A DNA stretch of 64,000 nt from a virus: positions 36,373 through 100,372 of IMG/VR virus record IMGVR_UViG_3300032173_000002, one strand, 5' to 3'. Under the pieces are notes generated by a model, which did no database searches, had not been told where the DNA came from, and saw nothing but the letters and a program-made list of their open reading frames with translations. This document shows positions 28,305 through 37,765 of this stretch, one piece after another (the stretch's first letter is position 1; each line of letters begins with the position of its first letter). The position numbers and the translations under genes are program-made.

Positions 28305-29630
28305 ATGATTGAGCAGGAGTCTGTGTCGTTTGAAGCAATAGAACAAGATTTTCTGGACTACCTATCGGAGTTGCCCGACACATATAAGTGGAAGGATCAA
28401 TACGAGGATAGTGTAGGGCAGACTCTCATTGAGTTACTGGCTGGATTTGGATCTTTCCTTGGGACTCGGATTCTGCTGACTCGCAGAGAAGCCTTTCTAT
28501 CAACTGCTTTGCTGCGGTCATCTGTCCAGGGGATCGCTGGTAGCAACTTAGGATACTCAGTCTACCGAGGAAGGAACCCTCATGTCCAGCTTACAGTTAC
28601 TGCGAGCAGTCCAGTCACTCTGAATAAGTTTCAATCGGTGGGTTCCTATGGTCAGTATGATGTAGTGATGGCTACTCAACAAAGCCTGGTTGTAGGGAGT
28701 AATGTAGTAGAGGTGATAATAGGGGACACCAAGACTTCCTCTCAATTGATCCAGACCAATGACCCAACTACATTTCGATTCTATGATTCGGGGGTTTCGG
28801 AGGACTACTTTGTTGACTTGAATGGAAATGAAGTTCCTGTATCGTCTGAGTACAAGGATCTCCTCGAAGACTATTATCTGGCAATAACAAACTATCTGAA
28901 TTCTGTTGATGTTTCTTATTTGAACGATGGGAGTTATAACTATTCAGTGGGGGATACCCTGACTCTTCACTATGTGGAGAAGGCAAGCATTGGTGCTGTG
29001 GATTTGTCATCTGTTATGTTTGACTATGGAGTGGTTACTGATAGTGAACTTCTCTACCCGGACATTTCTGCTGATAGCTTGGATTTGATTCGGATTAAGG
29101 CTCCTATGTACCATGAGACTCAGTCTATGGTAAGGAGCAAGGAGGATTTCAAGAAGCTTACCACTACTCTGATCGAGGGCGGCAAAGATGTGAACGGAAG
29201 GGATGTATCTCCTGCGGTAATCGAGTTGGTTTATGTTAAAGAGGATGGCTCTCTAATGACCGAGCAGGAGAAGGATGATCTGATAGAGGCCCTGGACTCT
29301 TACCGGCTGTTTGGAACTTGTCCTCCAACTATTATTGATCCTACAAAGGTGGATATTCCCTTAGATGTTTCCGTTACTCTCCTCCCTGGATCTTCCCAAA
29401 CAGTTTCTAACATAGAAGATACAATAGATGACTCGCTTGATGATTATACCAAAGTGTTGGGTGCCTCATTTGATATGACTGGCCTGGAGTATGATATAGA
29501 GCGGCTGGATGGAGTAAAGTATGCAAGAGTATATCTTGCTTCTGGGAGTCCTGTGGTGGCTTCTGGTTCCATTATCAATCTCGACTGGGATGAGTATGCT
29601 GAGTTTTACTATAATTTGTCTGTGTTTTAG
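28305..29630 (+). CDS. Baseplate wedge protein (gp6 / J-like)
   Basis: FEAI...WKD...GQTLIELLA...REAFLSTA..RSSV motif. Confidence 0.85.
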   Translation: MIEQESVSFEAIEQDFLDYLSELPDTYKWKDQYEDSVGQTLIELLAGFGSFLGTRILLTRREAFLSTALLRSSVQGIAGSNLGYSVYRGRNPHVQLTVTASSPVTLNKFQSVGSYGQYDVVMATQQSLVVGSNVVEVIIGDTKTSSQLIQTNDPTTFRFYDSGVSEDYFVDLNGNEVPVSSEYKDLLEDYYLAITNYLNSVDVSYLNDGSYNYSVGDTLTLHYVEKASIGAVDLSSVMFDYGVVTDSELLYPDISADSLDLIRIKAPMYHETQSMVRSKEDFKKLTTTLIEGGKDVNGRDVSPAVIELVYVKEDGSLMTEQEKDDLIEALDSYRLFGTCPPTIIDPTKVDIPLDVSVTLLPGSSQTVSNIEDTIDDSLDDYTKVLGASFDMTGLEYDIERLDGVKYARVYLASGSPVVASGSIINLDWDEYAEFYYNLSVF

Positions 29631-30460
29631 TGAGGCAAGAGATGCTGGTATATAAGGGAAATGTGTTAGACAAGGATTTAGTGTCACCTCCTCCGGCTCC
29701 AGCCCAGGGAGATGTCTATATTGTTGGCAGTGAGGCTACCGGGGAGTGGGAGGGACACGATCAGGAAATTGCTACCTTCAGTGGGTCCTCTTGGTTATTC
29801 TATCGGCCAAGAACAGACTGGAAGGTTTGGGTGGAAGACGAGTCCCTATTCTACCTTTACACACCTGACAACCTTTGGGTAGCAAAAAATTCAGTGGCTG
29901 ATTATATCCCATTGGCCCAGAGGGAGAAAGACTTCTGGGTGCTCACGACAACTCTAATCGAGCGTAAGATAGCAGATCTCGATCCAGAAATCAGAAAGAT
30001 CGCTACCAAGTGGGATGCGATAGACGAATATGATGAGGAGTCCTTGAGAGGGATTATCTCGGAGATGGGCTATGGATACATTTCTGATATGTTCGAGCTT
30101 ACAAATCAGCAGCTTCGCTCCCTGGTAAATTTCCTCAACTTGATACACTATCTGAAGGGGACTAGGGCTGGCCTGGAGCTTGTCTTTAAGTTGACCGGAG
30201 TGATCTCTTATGAGATCAAAGAGTGGTGGGAACTTACCTACTGGGATGTATGTGAGATATTTGGTGTCCTGGGAAGCTGGGATCATCTTTTGAGCACCCC
30301 ATCTTCTGCCGGGTTGTGGACACCAAATGTTGAGCCCCACACTTTTGTTATCCTGAACGCAAATGTTCCTAATAAACAGCCGGACACAGAGAAGAAGATC
30401 AGGAACTTCTGTCGTAATTATGTTTATCCAATGCTGGTAATGCTTACATTTTCATCGTAG
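29630..30460 (+). CDS. Baseplate protein (gp7 / I-like) with an N-terminal DUF2793-like domain
   Basis: PPPAPAQGDVYIV...WEGHD..IA...W.F..P; LKGTRAGLELV. Confidence 0.65.
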   Translation: MRQEMLVYKGNVLDKDLVSPPPAPAQGDVYIVGSEATGEWEGHDQEIATFSGSSWLFYRPRTDWKVWVEDESLFYLYTPDNLWVAKNSVADYIPLAQREKDFWVLTTTLIERKIADLDPEIRKIATKWDAIDEYDEESLRGIISEMGYGYISDMFELTNQQLRSLVNFLNLIHYLKGTRAGLELVFKLTGVISYEIKEWWELTYWDVCEIFGVLGSWDHLLSTPSSAGLWTPNVEPHTFVILNANVPNKQPDTEKKIRNFCRNYVYPMLVMLTFSS

Positions 30461-30472
30461 TGGGAGGGAGCT

Positions 30473-32050
30473 ATGACTCTGCCTTTTGGAAGGGATGGAA
30501 AGCCATTTCAGTTGGAGACTCAAGATCGCTCTTTTATTGGGGCTCCTCCTCACAAAGGAGTTCCAATACCAGATCAAGACCTGGGTGCCATGCAAAGAAT
30601 CTTGGGAGACCGCCTTGCGGAATTTACAAAGAGAATGTTCACTGCGGGCTGGTTGTCCAAGGGAGCTTTGACTGGAGGGACAAACTGTGTCAAGATGGCG
30701 CCAAGTCAGGCTCTGGTAGATGGAAGGGAAGTTCACTGGGAGAGTAGTTTTACTCAAGATGGGCAAATCACTCTACCCAGTGCTGGGGAATCAGATCGTT
30801 ATGACCTAGTCTTTGTGGAGTTTTGGGTCGAGACCGTAACCTATACTTCCACAATTTTCCGTTATGGAAATGTAGACTACTATGGGGAGAACTTCACAAA
30901 TGACTTAGTAGATCCTGATTGCCATCACCCGAATGGAGACGAGGTAACTGCCAGGCTCCAGCTTCGATACCGAACAAGGTATCTGGAGGACGCTAGTTCA
31001 CTGAGCGATAGCGATTGTCATGTCCAGGGGAAGAAAGCTGTTCCGGACTCTTCTAAGCACTGGTCTTTTGATCCGGTGAACAATATATGGTATTGCAATG
31101 CAGGGACAGATTTCGATGACTTGACAGGCTATGTATATGCCCTCCCGATTTGCATCGCCTTTCGTCCTGCTGGGAACAGTTCTGTCTCCACTATTTATGA
31201 TATGAGAGACTATGTACACATCAAGCCATTCGCTCTCAATACTTCCTTCTCCCAGTCTTCAGAGGAGGTGAACGATCTTATCATTGAAGACAGGGATATC
31301 ATTATTCCTAGCACTTCTCTGGATGGTTTCGTCCTACAAAATAATGAAGATGATCCAGACTATGCTATTGACATAGGTGGCGGGATTGCTATGGATAGCA
31401 CCCACACCTATCTGATGGTGCTGGAGTCTAAGGTGAAGAAGTGGCTGAATCTCCCCTGGGAACAGGGGGATGATAAGGGAATGCTAGACTCAGGTTCGAT
31501 GGCTGCTGATGAGTGGTATTATATCTGGGTGATTCGTCAGGATATTGGTGGAGCAGTAGATATACTGGCTTCTACATCGTATTCAGATCCAGATCTGCCC
31601 TCTGGTTGGTCTATCAAGCGAAGAATTGGAGAGATATATTCTGATTCTAATGGACACATAAAGCAATTCCTATCTTGGGGGAACGATGTCTACTGGAAAA
31701 CAGCTGTGCTAGATGTAAATGTTGCGGGATTTCAGGGTCCTGCTCTATTTCAGCTTACTGTTCCAATAGGCTTCCGGGTGAAGGCTTATTGTTCAGCCTC
31801 AATTGTAGGGGAACATTCTCCCTGGCTATATGTATATAGTCCAGAAGTAAGCTCATACGGACAGTATGTGTGTAGAGCAGTTACAGATAATCACGAAGCA
31901 AGTAGGACTACCGTATTGACTGATGCCACCGCTAGGGTTACTGTTTACACTTCTCAGTCCGATTGTGAAGTTCAGGTCTATACGCTCGGTTATGAGTCCC
32001 CAAGAGGAAGGACAATGAGAGTGGCATCGGGGACAGAGCTGTCATTTTGA
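30473..32050 (+). CDS. Tail fibre / baseplate-attached protein
   Basis: RYDLVFVEFW motif; position. Confidence 0.6.
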   Translation: MTLPFGRDGKPFQLETQDRSFIGAPPHKGVPIPDQDLGAMQRILGDRLAEFTKRMFTAGWLSKGALTGGTNCVKMAPSQALVDGREVHWESSFTQDGQITLPSAGESDRYDLVFVEFWVETVTYTSTIFRYGNVDYYGENFTNDLVDPDCHHPNGDEVTARLQLRYRTRYLEDASSLSDSDCHVQGKKAVPDSSKHWSFDPVNNIWYCNAGTDFDDLTGYVYALPICIAFRPAGNSSVSTIYDMRDYVHIKPFALNTSFSQSSEEVNDLIIEDRDIIIPSTSLDGFVLQNNEDDPDYAIDIGGGIAMDSTHTYLMVLESKVKKWLNLPWEQGDDKGMLDSGSMAADEWYYIWVIRQDIGGAVDILASTSYSDPDLPSGWSIKRRIGEIYSDSNGHIKQFLSWGNDVYWKTAVLDVNVAGFQGPALFQLTVPIGFRVKAYCSASIVGEHSPWLYVYSPEVSSYGQYVCRAVTDNHEASRTTVLTDATARVTVYTSQSDCEVQVYTLGYESPRGRTMRVASGTELSF

Positions 32051-32071
32051 ATTCTAAAGTAAGGAGTCTCT

Positions 32072-33889
32072 ATGTACCAGAATCATTTAAGGTTTTATTT
32101 TAGAGAAGTAAAGTCTTTTGCTGACTATGATCCAGTTTTTGGTTGCTTTATTGACTATGGCGAGGTATTGACTGCATATGCCCAGTGGGAAAACACAAAA
32201 GGCACATTCTATATTTTTGTAAATTTTGACAGGCTTCAATTGAATGGGAAAAAGATCCAAGTTCGATGGAAGGTTGGTGCTGCTTCTCCCCCACCACTTC
32301 CTGTATTTGTAGAAGTGTATGATGGAAGTTACGATCGTACCAATGATAATGATTTCCCTGAGAATCAAAGCACTCCCCTTCTTAAAGGGAATGGACTGTT
32401 ACAGACTATATTCCAGCAAGAATCTACCGACGGAGAGTGGGTTGAGACTAATATAGCAGAAATAGATACATCAGGAGGCAAAGAGAGTCAGTGCTGTTTG
32501 ATGTTTCGATTTGTTGATGCTTGGGCTACAATGTATTCCATAGATAGCGAATGGCTGTATATTGACTGGATAAAATTTTATACTAACACGGGGGAGCTGT
32601 GGATCGTTGAGGATTTTGATCCTCCGGCAGATATTCTTTATGAGCAGGACAATACCATAAAGGATTATGGCTATATTTCATTTAACGATCCACCAGAACC
32701 ACCAGTTACTTTGCCAGAAGACGAGTACAGTTACACCAAGGGAGGGAAAGATATGTTTGTAACGAAGAGTGTTTATGTTCCCAAGTTCACGGTTAGTGAA
32801 CTACCTGGGATAGTATTCGGCGGATTTATTGTAGATAAGTATGTTTGTAGTCAGCCAGGGGCAGGCCCTTCCAATGGTTCTCCGGTGATTGCGCATGGGG
32901 AGAGCCCAAGGGGTACCGCAGCCAGGTCGGCTCCGGGTGTTCCTGCTTGGGATTATATCAAGATGGCACAGGCGATGATCGCTTGCTGTAATCGAGGGAA
33001 GGGCTGGCATTTGATAACTCCCTTTGAGTGGGCAGCCATAGCCTGGATGTCCAAGAAGCTTAACTCCCAGCCCAGAGGACCAAATGCAAATACTAATCCT
33101 CCTTCAGATGCGGATTGTCCCTTTGAAACTGCTATACTGGACAGAGATTTACTCCAGTACGAGTCAGGGGCATACAGAGCACTGACGGGTACTGGGCCTG
33201 CGTCCTGGGCTCATAATGGTCAACCAGTCGGGGGAATCTATGATCTAAATGGGGTTGTATGGCAATGGGTAATGGCTTTCATGACCACAGATGGGTATTT
33301 GAGATATCCGGCCAACTTCAACTTAACTTACCTAGGTAGTCCATTTGGCAGGGGGACTATCACTGGATCAGGTGGGGCTACCCCCACTTTAACTTGTAAT
33401 GGGTCTGGAGGAAACTGGCTGAAAGAGTGGCAGGAAGATGAATTCAACGGTTCACAGTATTCTGTATTTATAGCAGAAGCGAATGATACAGAGGGAGCCC
33501 TTTATCAAAACATTCAAGATACTACACCAACTACCATCGTCCTTCCCAATGGGGCAGATCCTGGGGATGGGATCGCAACTTTCGTGATCCTCAAAACAGG
33601 GAGCACGGACATCACCCAGGGGATGCTCTCTGAGAATTTGATTACCAGCCTGATCACAGATATTTCCAGTGATCTTTCTAGGATGACAATACCTGCAACT
33701 TCCGACGAGACTGGCTCAGAGGAGTTTGGTTATGATGTCTACTCATTTGACCAGTTCAGCGAGCGGGGGATGGTGAGAGGAGGGGCTTATAATACAGGTA
33801 AAGGGGCTGGGGTTTTCTCCTTGAGCTTTAGCAATGACCCTGACTCCTATCTCCCCAACATTGGGTTCAGGGCTTCAAAGGCTCTGTGA
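32072..33889 (+). CDS. Putative receptor-binding protein with FGE-sulfatase / C-type-lectin (Mtd-like) C-terminus
   Basis: GFIVDKY, GWHLIT..EW, GIYDLNG.VWQW, RGG.Y..G..AGVF...NIGFR. Confidence 0.75.
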   Translation: MYQNHLRFYFREVKSFADYDPVFGCFIDYGEVLTAYAQWENTKGTFYIFVNFDRLQLNGKKIQVRWKVGAASPPPLPVFVEVYDGSYDRTNDNDFPENQSTPLLKGNGLLQTIFQQESTDGEWVETNIAEIDTSGGKESQCCLMFRFVDAWATMYSIDSEWLYIDWIKFYTNTGELWIVEDFDPPADILYEQDNTIKDYGYISFNDPPEPPVTLPEDEYSYTKGGKDMFVTKSVYVPKFTVSELPGIVFGGFIVDKYVCSQPGAGPSNGSPVIAHGESPRGTAARSAPGVPAWDYIKMAQAMIACCNRGKGWHLITPFEWAAIAWMSKKLNSQPRGPNANTNPPSDADCPFETAILDRDLLQYESGAYRALTGTGPASWAHNGQPVGGIYDLNGVVWQWVMAFMTTDGYLRYPANFNLTYLGSPFGRGTITGSGGATPTLTCNGSGGNWLKEWQEDEFNGSQYSVFIAEANDTEGALYQNIQDTTPTTIVLPNGADPGDGIATFVILKTGSTDITQGMLSENLITSLITDISSDLSRMTIPATSDETGSEEFGYDVYSFDQFSERGMVRGGAYNTGKGAGVFSLSFSNDPDSYLPNIGFRASKAL

Positions 33890-33892
33890 GAA

Positions 33893-33927
33893 CAAAAAAG
33901 GGGGAGCTTTCGGCTACCCCCTTTTTG
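33893..33927. terminator. Bidirectional terminator between the convergent structural and accessory operons
   Basis: AAAAAAGGGGGAGC-TTTCG-GCTACCCCCTTTTTG. Confidence 0.8.
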
Positions 33928-33952
33928 CTGAGATCAATTTGTTGAGATCATT

Positions 33953-34117
33953 TCACCTCCTTTCTTGGGTTTCCTCCTTGGGGGCCTTCTGCCCCCTCCG
34001 CTTTGGTCTTGAGGTTAAGTATCTCCCGTAACAACGGCGGCAGTATTGCTTGCCATCCGCAATCCAGACAGTTCCATTTTCAATGCTTCTCTTGCATGTA
34101 TAACAGATGTATTCCAT
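33953..34117 (-). CDS. 54-aa Zn-finger protein (not in the ORF track)
   Basis: MEYICYTCKR...DGKQYCRRCY...; SD GAGGAGGAG. Confidence 0.6.
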   Translation of the reverse strand: MEYICYTCKRSIENGTVWIADGKQYCRRCYGRYLTSRPKRRGQKAPKEETQERR

Positions 34118-34128
34118 TTTGCTCCTCC

Positions 34129-34281
34129 TCATTTCTGTAACTCTCTCAGATTTTTCAGGACGAAGTACCTTATCTGTCCTGAAACCGACCTATTGGCTTC
34201 ATTTGCAGCCTTCTTTAGGGCTTGGTAAACTGAAAGTGGTAGTAATACTGCCACCAGTTTCTTGTCTGATCTCTTCTTCAC
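34129..34281 (-). CDS. 50-aa Arc / ribbon-helix-helix DNA-binding protein (not in the ORF track)
   Basis: GTG start; KKLVAVLLPLSVYQALKKAANEANRSVSGQIRYFV. Confidence 0.6.
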   Translation of the reverse strand: MKKRSDKKLVAVLLPLSVYQALKKAANEANRSVSGQIRYFVLKNLRELQK

Positions 34282-34289
34282 TAATCATT

Positions 34290-34478
34290 TCACCTCCTTT
34301 CCCTTTCTTCTTCATAAATCATGTCATTCCTGATTTGTCTGGCTGTCTCCTTAGCCAGATCATCCTGAGCGTCCTCGAAGGCTTGGCGACGAAGTTCTGC
34401 TAACTCGCAGTCTGTATCAGCATGAGCTCTCGCTATGATGCTGTCAATCTCTGCTGTTGGACAACCAAGCTCAAGCAT
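34290..34478 (-). CDS. Hypothetical protein, possibly 5'-truncated
   Basis: Frame stays open upstream into the hairpin element; no good SD at the ATG. Confidence 0.4.
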   Translation of the reverse strand: MLELGCPTAEIDSIIARAHADTDCELAELRRQAFEDAQDDLAKETARQIRNDMIYEEERERR

Positions 34479-34584
34479 TCGGTGAACGATAACCGCGGAA
34501 ATGCATTCCTTAAATCGGTTAGGTTCACCGGTAAGGCGTAGGAATTCCGCCTTGGGGGCTTGTGGCCCCCGGTTTAGTTAAAGG

Positions 34585-35016
34585 TTAGAAAACACAGAAA
34601 CGATTGGGATTCATTCGCTTCTGCTCCGACGCCACTCGCTCATATCCTGCGGCGGGGATCATTGCAACAACCTGCCCGGGATATGCTTGAGCGGCGATGA
34701 TACTACCAACGATGACATCAGCCCCGAGGGCTAATGCCTTGTTGATGATTTCCTGACCCTCGTCATCGGGAACGAAGCGGGTTCGAACGAGAGTAAATAC
34801 GAAATCTTCAGCATATTTGTAATCAAAATCGTCTGGTGGAGGGTAAATTGGGAGAACACAGTTGGGGTATCTGTATTCTACCACCTCCTCGACCACTTCA
34901 GCGTTGATGACTTTATCCGTCTCAATGCTGATTGGCTCTGTCCACCCCGGCGCCCAGAATGTTATAGGATGTGGAGTGGCATTAAAAACACGGACTTGAT
35001 TTGGTAGGGTTTTCAT
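34585..35016 (-). CDS. Hypothetical protein
   Basis: NATPHPI N-terminal motif; SD AAGGAGG. Confidence 0.7.
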   Translation of the reverse strand: MKTLPNQVRVFNATPHPITFWAPGWTEPISIETDKVINAEVVEEVVEYRYPNCVLPIYPPPDDFDYKYAEDFVFTLVRTRFVPDDEGQEIINKALALGADVIVGSIIAAQAYPGQVVAMIPAAGYERVASEQKRMNPNRFCVF

Positions 35017-35082
35017 TTTTTCCCTCCTTGGGGGCCTTTCGGTCCCCGATTAATGGAAAGGGGGCAAAATCCCCCCCAAGAG

Positions 35083-35451
35083 CTATTCCACAAAATTGTC
35101 ACTACTAACCTTGAACCAATACCCCTGCGCGCGGGCGGGGGTATCAGCCGATCCGCGCCTAAAGTTAGTAGTGACAATTTTTATGTCACTACCGTCTATC
35201 TCGCCTTCCTGGCCGAGACAGAAGTTTACCAACCAACCATATCGCACTGTCTCATAACGAGACAGTGCGTGAGGGACGTGGGACATTTCGAGACGGCACT
35301 GCCGGTGATGCCCCTCATAGTTGAAGCTCTGCAGGCGCCTCCGACCGTCCCCGGACAGATTCTCGCGGAGCAACTTGGCCACCTCGGCTTTCACAAACTC
35401 CTCGACTTTTTCGTCGAGGTTAAAAATTTTTATTAATTCTTGCCATTTCAT
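35083..35451 (-). CDS. Hypothetical protein
   Basis: SD AAGGAGG then MKWQEL; start reassigned. Confidence 0.6.
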   Translation of the reverse strand: MKWQELIKIFNLDEKVEEFVKAEVAKLLRENLSGDGRRRLQSFNYEGHHRQCRLEMSHVPHALSRYETVRYGWLVNFCLGQEGEIDGSDIKIVTTNFRRGSADTPARAQGYWFKVSSDNFVE

Positions 35452-35467
35452 CTTCCTACCTCCTTGG

Positions 35468-36049
35468 TTAACTTCTATTCCTCTGGGAGTATCTTTTGAT
35501 CTCCCATACCGCCTCCCAATTCGGGTATTCCGCAAAGAGCCGCGAGGAGATAAACTCCTCTTGCTCCTTAGTGAGCCACACCTTTTCTTCCGGCTCACCC
35601 AACGCGGTCAAGGTGACGGAAGCGAAGATGCGCTCTTTATTTCCCTGCGCGGCCCACACGGGCCGCATAAAAAACTCCTTCAGGCCGTCCACTCCGTGTT
35701 TTGCGTAAGCGAGGTCGAGATACCCACCCTCGCCACACAGGTTCCTTGCATAGTTTTCATCGATCTCGGTGGGGACTTCCCAACCAAGACATTCTGCGAC
35801 TTCTTGCCAAATTTTTAGCATTTTCCCTCCTTCTTGCTGCTCTTCATTTTCAAGAGCAGCAAAAAGCTGATTACAAATTTCGCAACAGGGATCTTCTTCG
35901 CATACCCCTCCCACGAGTTCCCAGCCCTCCCCCACAAGATCAACAACTTCTTGGGGCGAAGAAGTTGTTTTCCACTCCCGGTCAGTTCCTGTTTCAGCTC
36001 CTCCAAGGTGAAGAAGCTTTGACACCTCAAATTCATGCTCTTTCATCAT
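35468..36049 (-). CDS. Hypothetical protein (possibly two fused ORFs)
   Basis: SD AAGGAGG; internal SD before MLKIWQE. Confidence 0.6.
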   Translation of the reverse strand: MMKEHEFEVSKLLHLGGAETGTDREWKTTSSPQEVVDLVGEGWELVGGVCEEDPCCEICNQLFAALENEEQQEGGKMLKIWQEVAECLGWEVPTEIDENYARNLCGEGGYLDLAYAKHGVDGLKEFFMRPVWAAQGNKERIFASVTLTALGEPEEKVWLTKEQEEFISSRLFAEYPNWEAVWEIKRYSQRNRS

Positions 36050-36058
36050 AATCCTCCT

Positions 36059-36259
36059 TTATTTTTCCTCATAGTCACACGGGCACTCCTCGATCTTCAT
36101 TGCCAACCGCCGTTGCGTGCTCTTCGACGGCTCACGAACAACAGCGCCGGCTCGGAACAAATCGCGGTCGTGCAGGTTCACGCGTTCAGAGACGTGAAAC
36201 GCGTGATAGTTACCGTCATAAACAAACGCCAATTCTTTACCGCAACGTGGGCAATTCAT
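36059..36259 (-). CDS. Small Zn-ribbon protein
   Basis: CPRC...CPC; SD AAGGAGG. Confidence 0.6.
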   Translation of the reverse strand: MNCPRCGKELAFVYDGNYHAFHVSERVNLHDRDLFRAGAVVREPSKSTQRRLAMKIEECPCDYEEK

Positions 36260-36744
36260 TTTTCCCTCCTTGGGGCCTTCCGACTCCGGCGTTGCTCAAG
36301 TTGGCAAGGCAAGGAAGTTTCGTCGACTTCTTGCCATCTATTTTTGCAAACTGGGCAGGCGAACAAATCATCCCGCCCACCCAGAATTTCATCGGACTGC
36401 GGAATACAAATACTTCCGCAGCTCTGGCAAATTACTTTATATTCCTTTTCAGCTCCCTTGAAGATAATGCTATTCATTATCTCCAGAGATTCCTTTTTGA
36501 CAAGCGCACTTTCAGAACGCTCGTCAGGGGTTTGGTTCGGTCGGTAGCAGGCATCGGCATACCGATTATATGCCAATGCAAGCCGCTTAGCCTGCTCCTT
36601 GCTCGAGCAGGCAATAATATCGTCAACTGCTTCCGCATCCCTCTTGGCTTTTGCCAAGGTGGGGTAAACAATGGCCGGCGTGGTCTGGAGTTTGTGAAAC
36701 TCAGACCACGGAATTATTACATAGAAGTTGCTATCTTTCTTCAT
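36256..36744 (-). CDS. Hypothetical protein with Zn ribbon
   Basis: CQSC...CPVC; ATGA overlap. Confidence 0.6.
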   Translation of the reverse strand: MKKDSNFYVIIPWSEFHKLQTTPAIVYPTLAKAKRDAEAVDDIIACSSKEQAKRLALAYNRYADACYRPNQTPDERSESALVKKESLEIMNSIIFKGAEKEYKVICQSCGSICIPQSDEILGGRDDLFACPVCKNRWQEVDETSLPCQLEQRRSRKAPRREK

Positions 36745-37202
36745 GATTCTCTCCTTTCTTTGGTCTTCAGATACTCAAAATGTGCCGCCAGATGCTTAAG
36801 GAACTCGCGACACAGCCGCAGATGGACTTGCCGCTCCAGGTCAGGATCCGGCGGGTAGTTCTTGGAGAGTTCTGCAACGATCGCTTTGGCATCGTTGCGC
36901 AGTCCTTGAAGCTCTGCCACCAGCTCGCGCCCGATGCCATCTCTGGCCCAGTTAGTCTGCGCCGAGTCGCGCCCAACGCGGAACTTGAGAAAATCGATAA
37001 TATCAGCGACAGAAAAGGTTTGGTGAGCAAGAATTTGAAGCGACCGCATTTGATTCTCGAATAGTTCGAAAGCTTGGCGGTCGTCTTTCATTTTTAGGTC
37101 TGCCCACACTCTATGCAGCGCATCGGCATATCTCGATGCGCTATCAAGATTGTTAAACCGGGCAATCGCCTGATTTAACTCAATTCTTTCTATGCAATTC
37201 AT
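36741..37202 (-). CDS. CRISPR type III-D small subunit (Cas11)-like protein, orphan
   Basis: QMRSL...S...IIDFLKFRVGRD...W...IGRELVAEL...LCREFLKHL...FEY pattern; SD AAGGAGG before the ATG at 37202. Confidence 0.6.
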   Translation of the reverse strand: MNCIERIELNQAIARFNNLDSASRYADALHRVWADLKMKDDRQAFELFENQMRSLQILAHQTFSVADIIDFLKFRVGRDSAQTNWARDGIGRELVAELQGLRNDAKAIVAELSKNYPPDPDLERQVHLRLCREFLKHLAAHFEYLKTKERRES

Positions 37203-37306
37203 GATCTCCTCCTTGGGGTCGCAAGGCCCCGGTTTGAAGTTAAGTGACACTTACGGGTCGGGGATGTAAATCTGGTTTGGGATGCTGTTCCTACAGCGTA
37301 TACATA

Positions 37307-37651
37307 TCAGCTTCTTAGGCATGATCTTATTTCTTTAACGATGTCGGCTGCTTCTTTGGTGGTGCAACCGGTAACGATTCTGGCCAGTCTCTTTGGCGAG
37401 AACCGTTTACCACCAAATAGCCAGTAAATCTCCATTACCTCGCCAGGGGAGGCCAATATTAGCTCTACGAGTTGCTTCGCCTCCTCGGAGAGACTGTTCA
37501 ATGTCTCCTTCCTCAGCAGTATCGTCTCTGGGGTCTCCTGGACGACTAACTGAGGATACTTGTGTGGCTGTTCGGACTCCAATGGTGCTGGGCTAAAGAC
37601 ACTCCACCATACTTCAGCTGCACTAACAATGCCGGAGCCTTCTCTCATCAT
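37307..37651 (-). CDS. Possible sigma-factor C-terminal / HTH-like regulator
   Basis: TPETILL...LNSLSEEAKQLVELIL..P pattern. Confidence 0.4.
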   Translation of the reverse strand: MMREGSGIVSAAEVWWSVFSPAPLESEQPHKYPQLVVQETPETILLRKETLNSLSEEAKQLVELILASPGEVMEIYWLFGGKRFSPKRLARIVTGCTTKEAADIVKEIRSCLRS

Positions 37652-37765
37652 TTTCTCACCTCCTTTCTCTGAGGAATATATAAAATTATATAAAAAATAT
37701 AAATCCCTGAAAAGGACGAGATCTCCCAACTTTTGGGAATTTAGGGAGAGCTTGACTTATTTCCT

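Noticed and set aside
756-33010. Numerous minus-strand ORFs of 60-215 aa in the structural region
   Set aside because: Antisense shadows of well-supported plus-strand genes, without RBS or motifs.
32072-34600. Complete diversity-generating retroelement
   Set aside because: No reverse transcriptase, Avd or template repeat found in the window.
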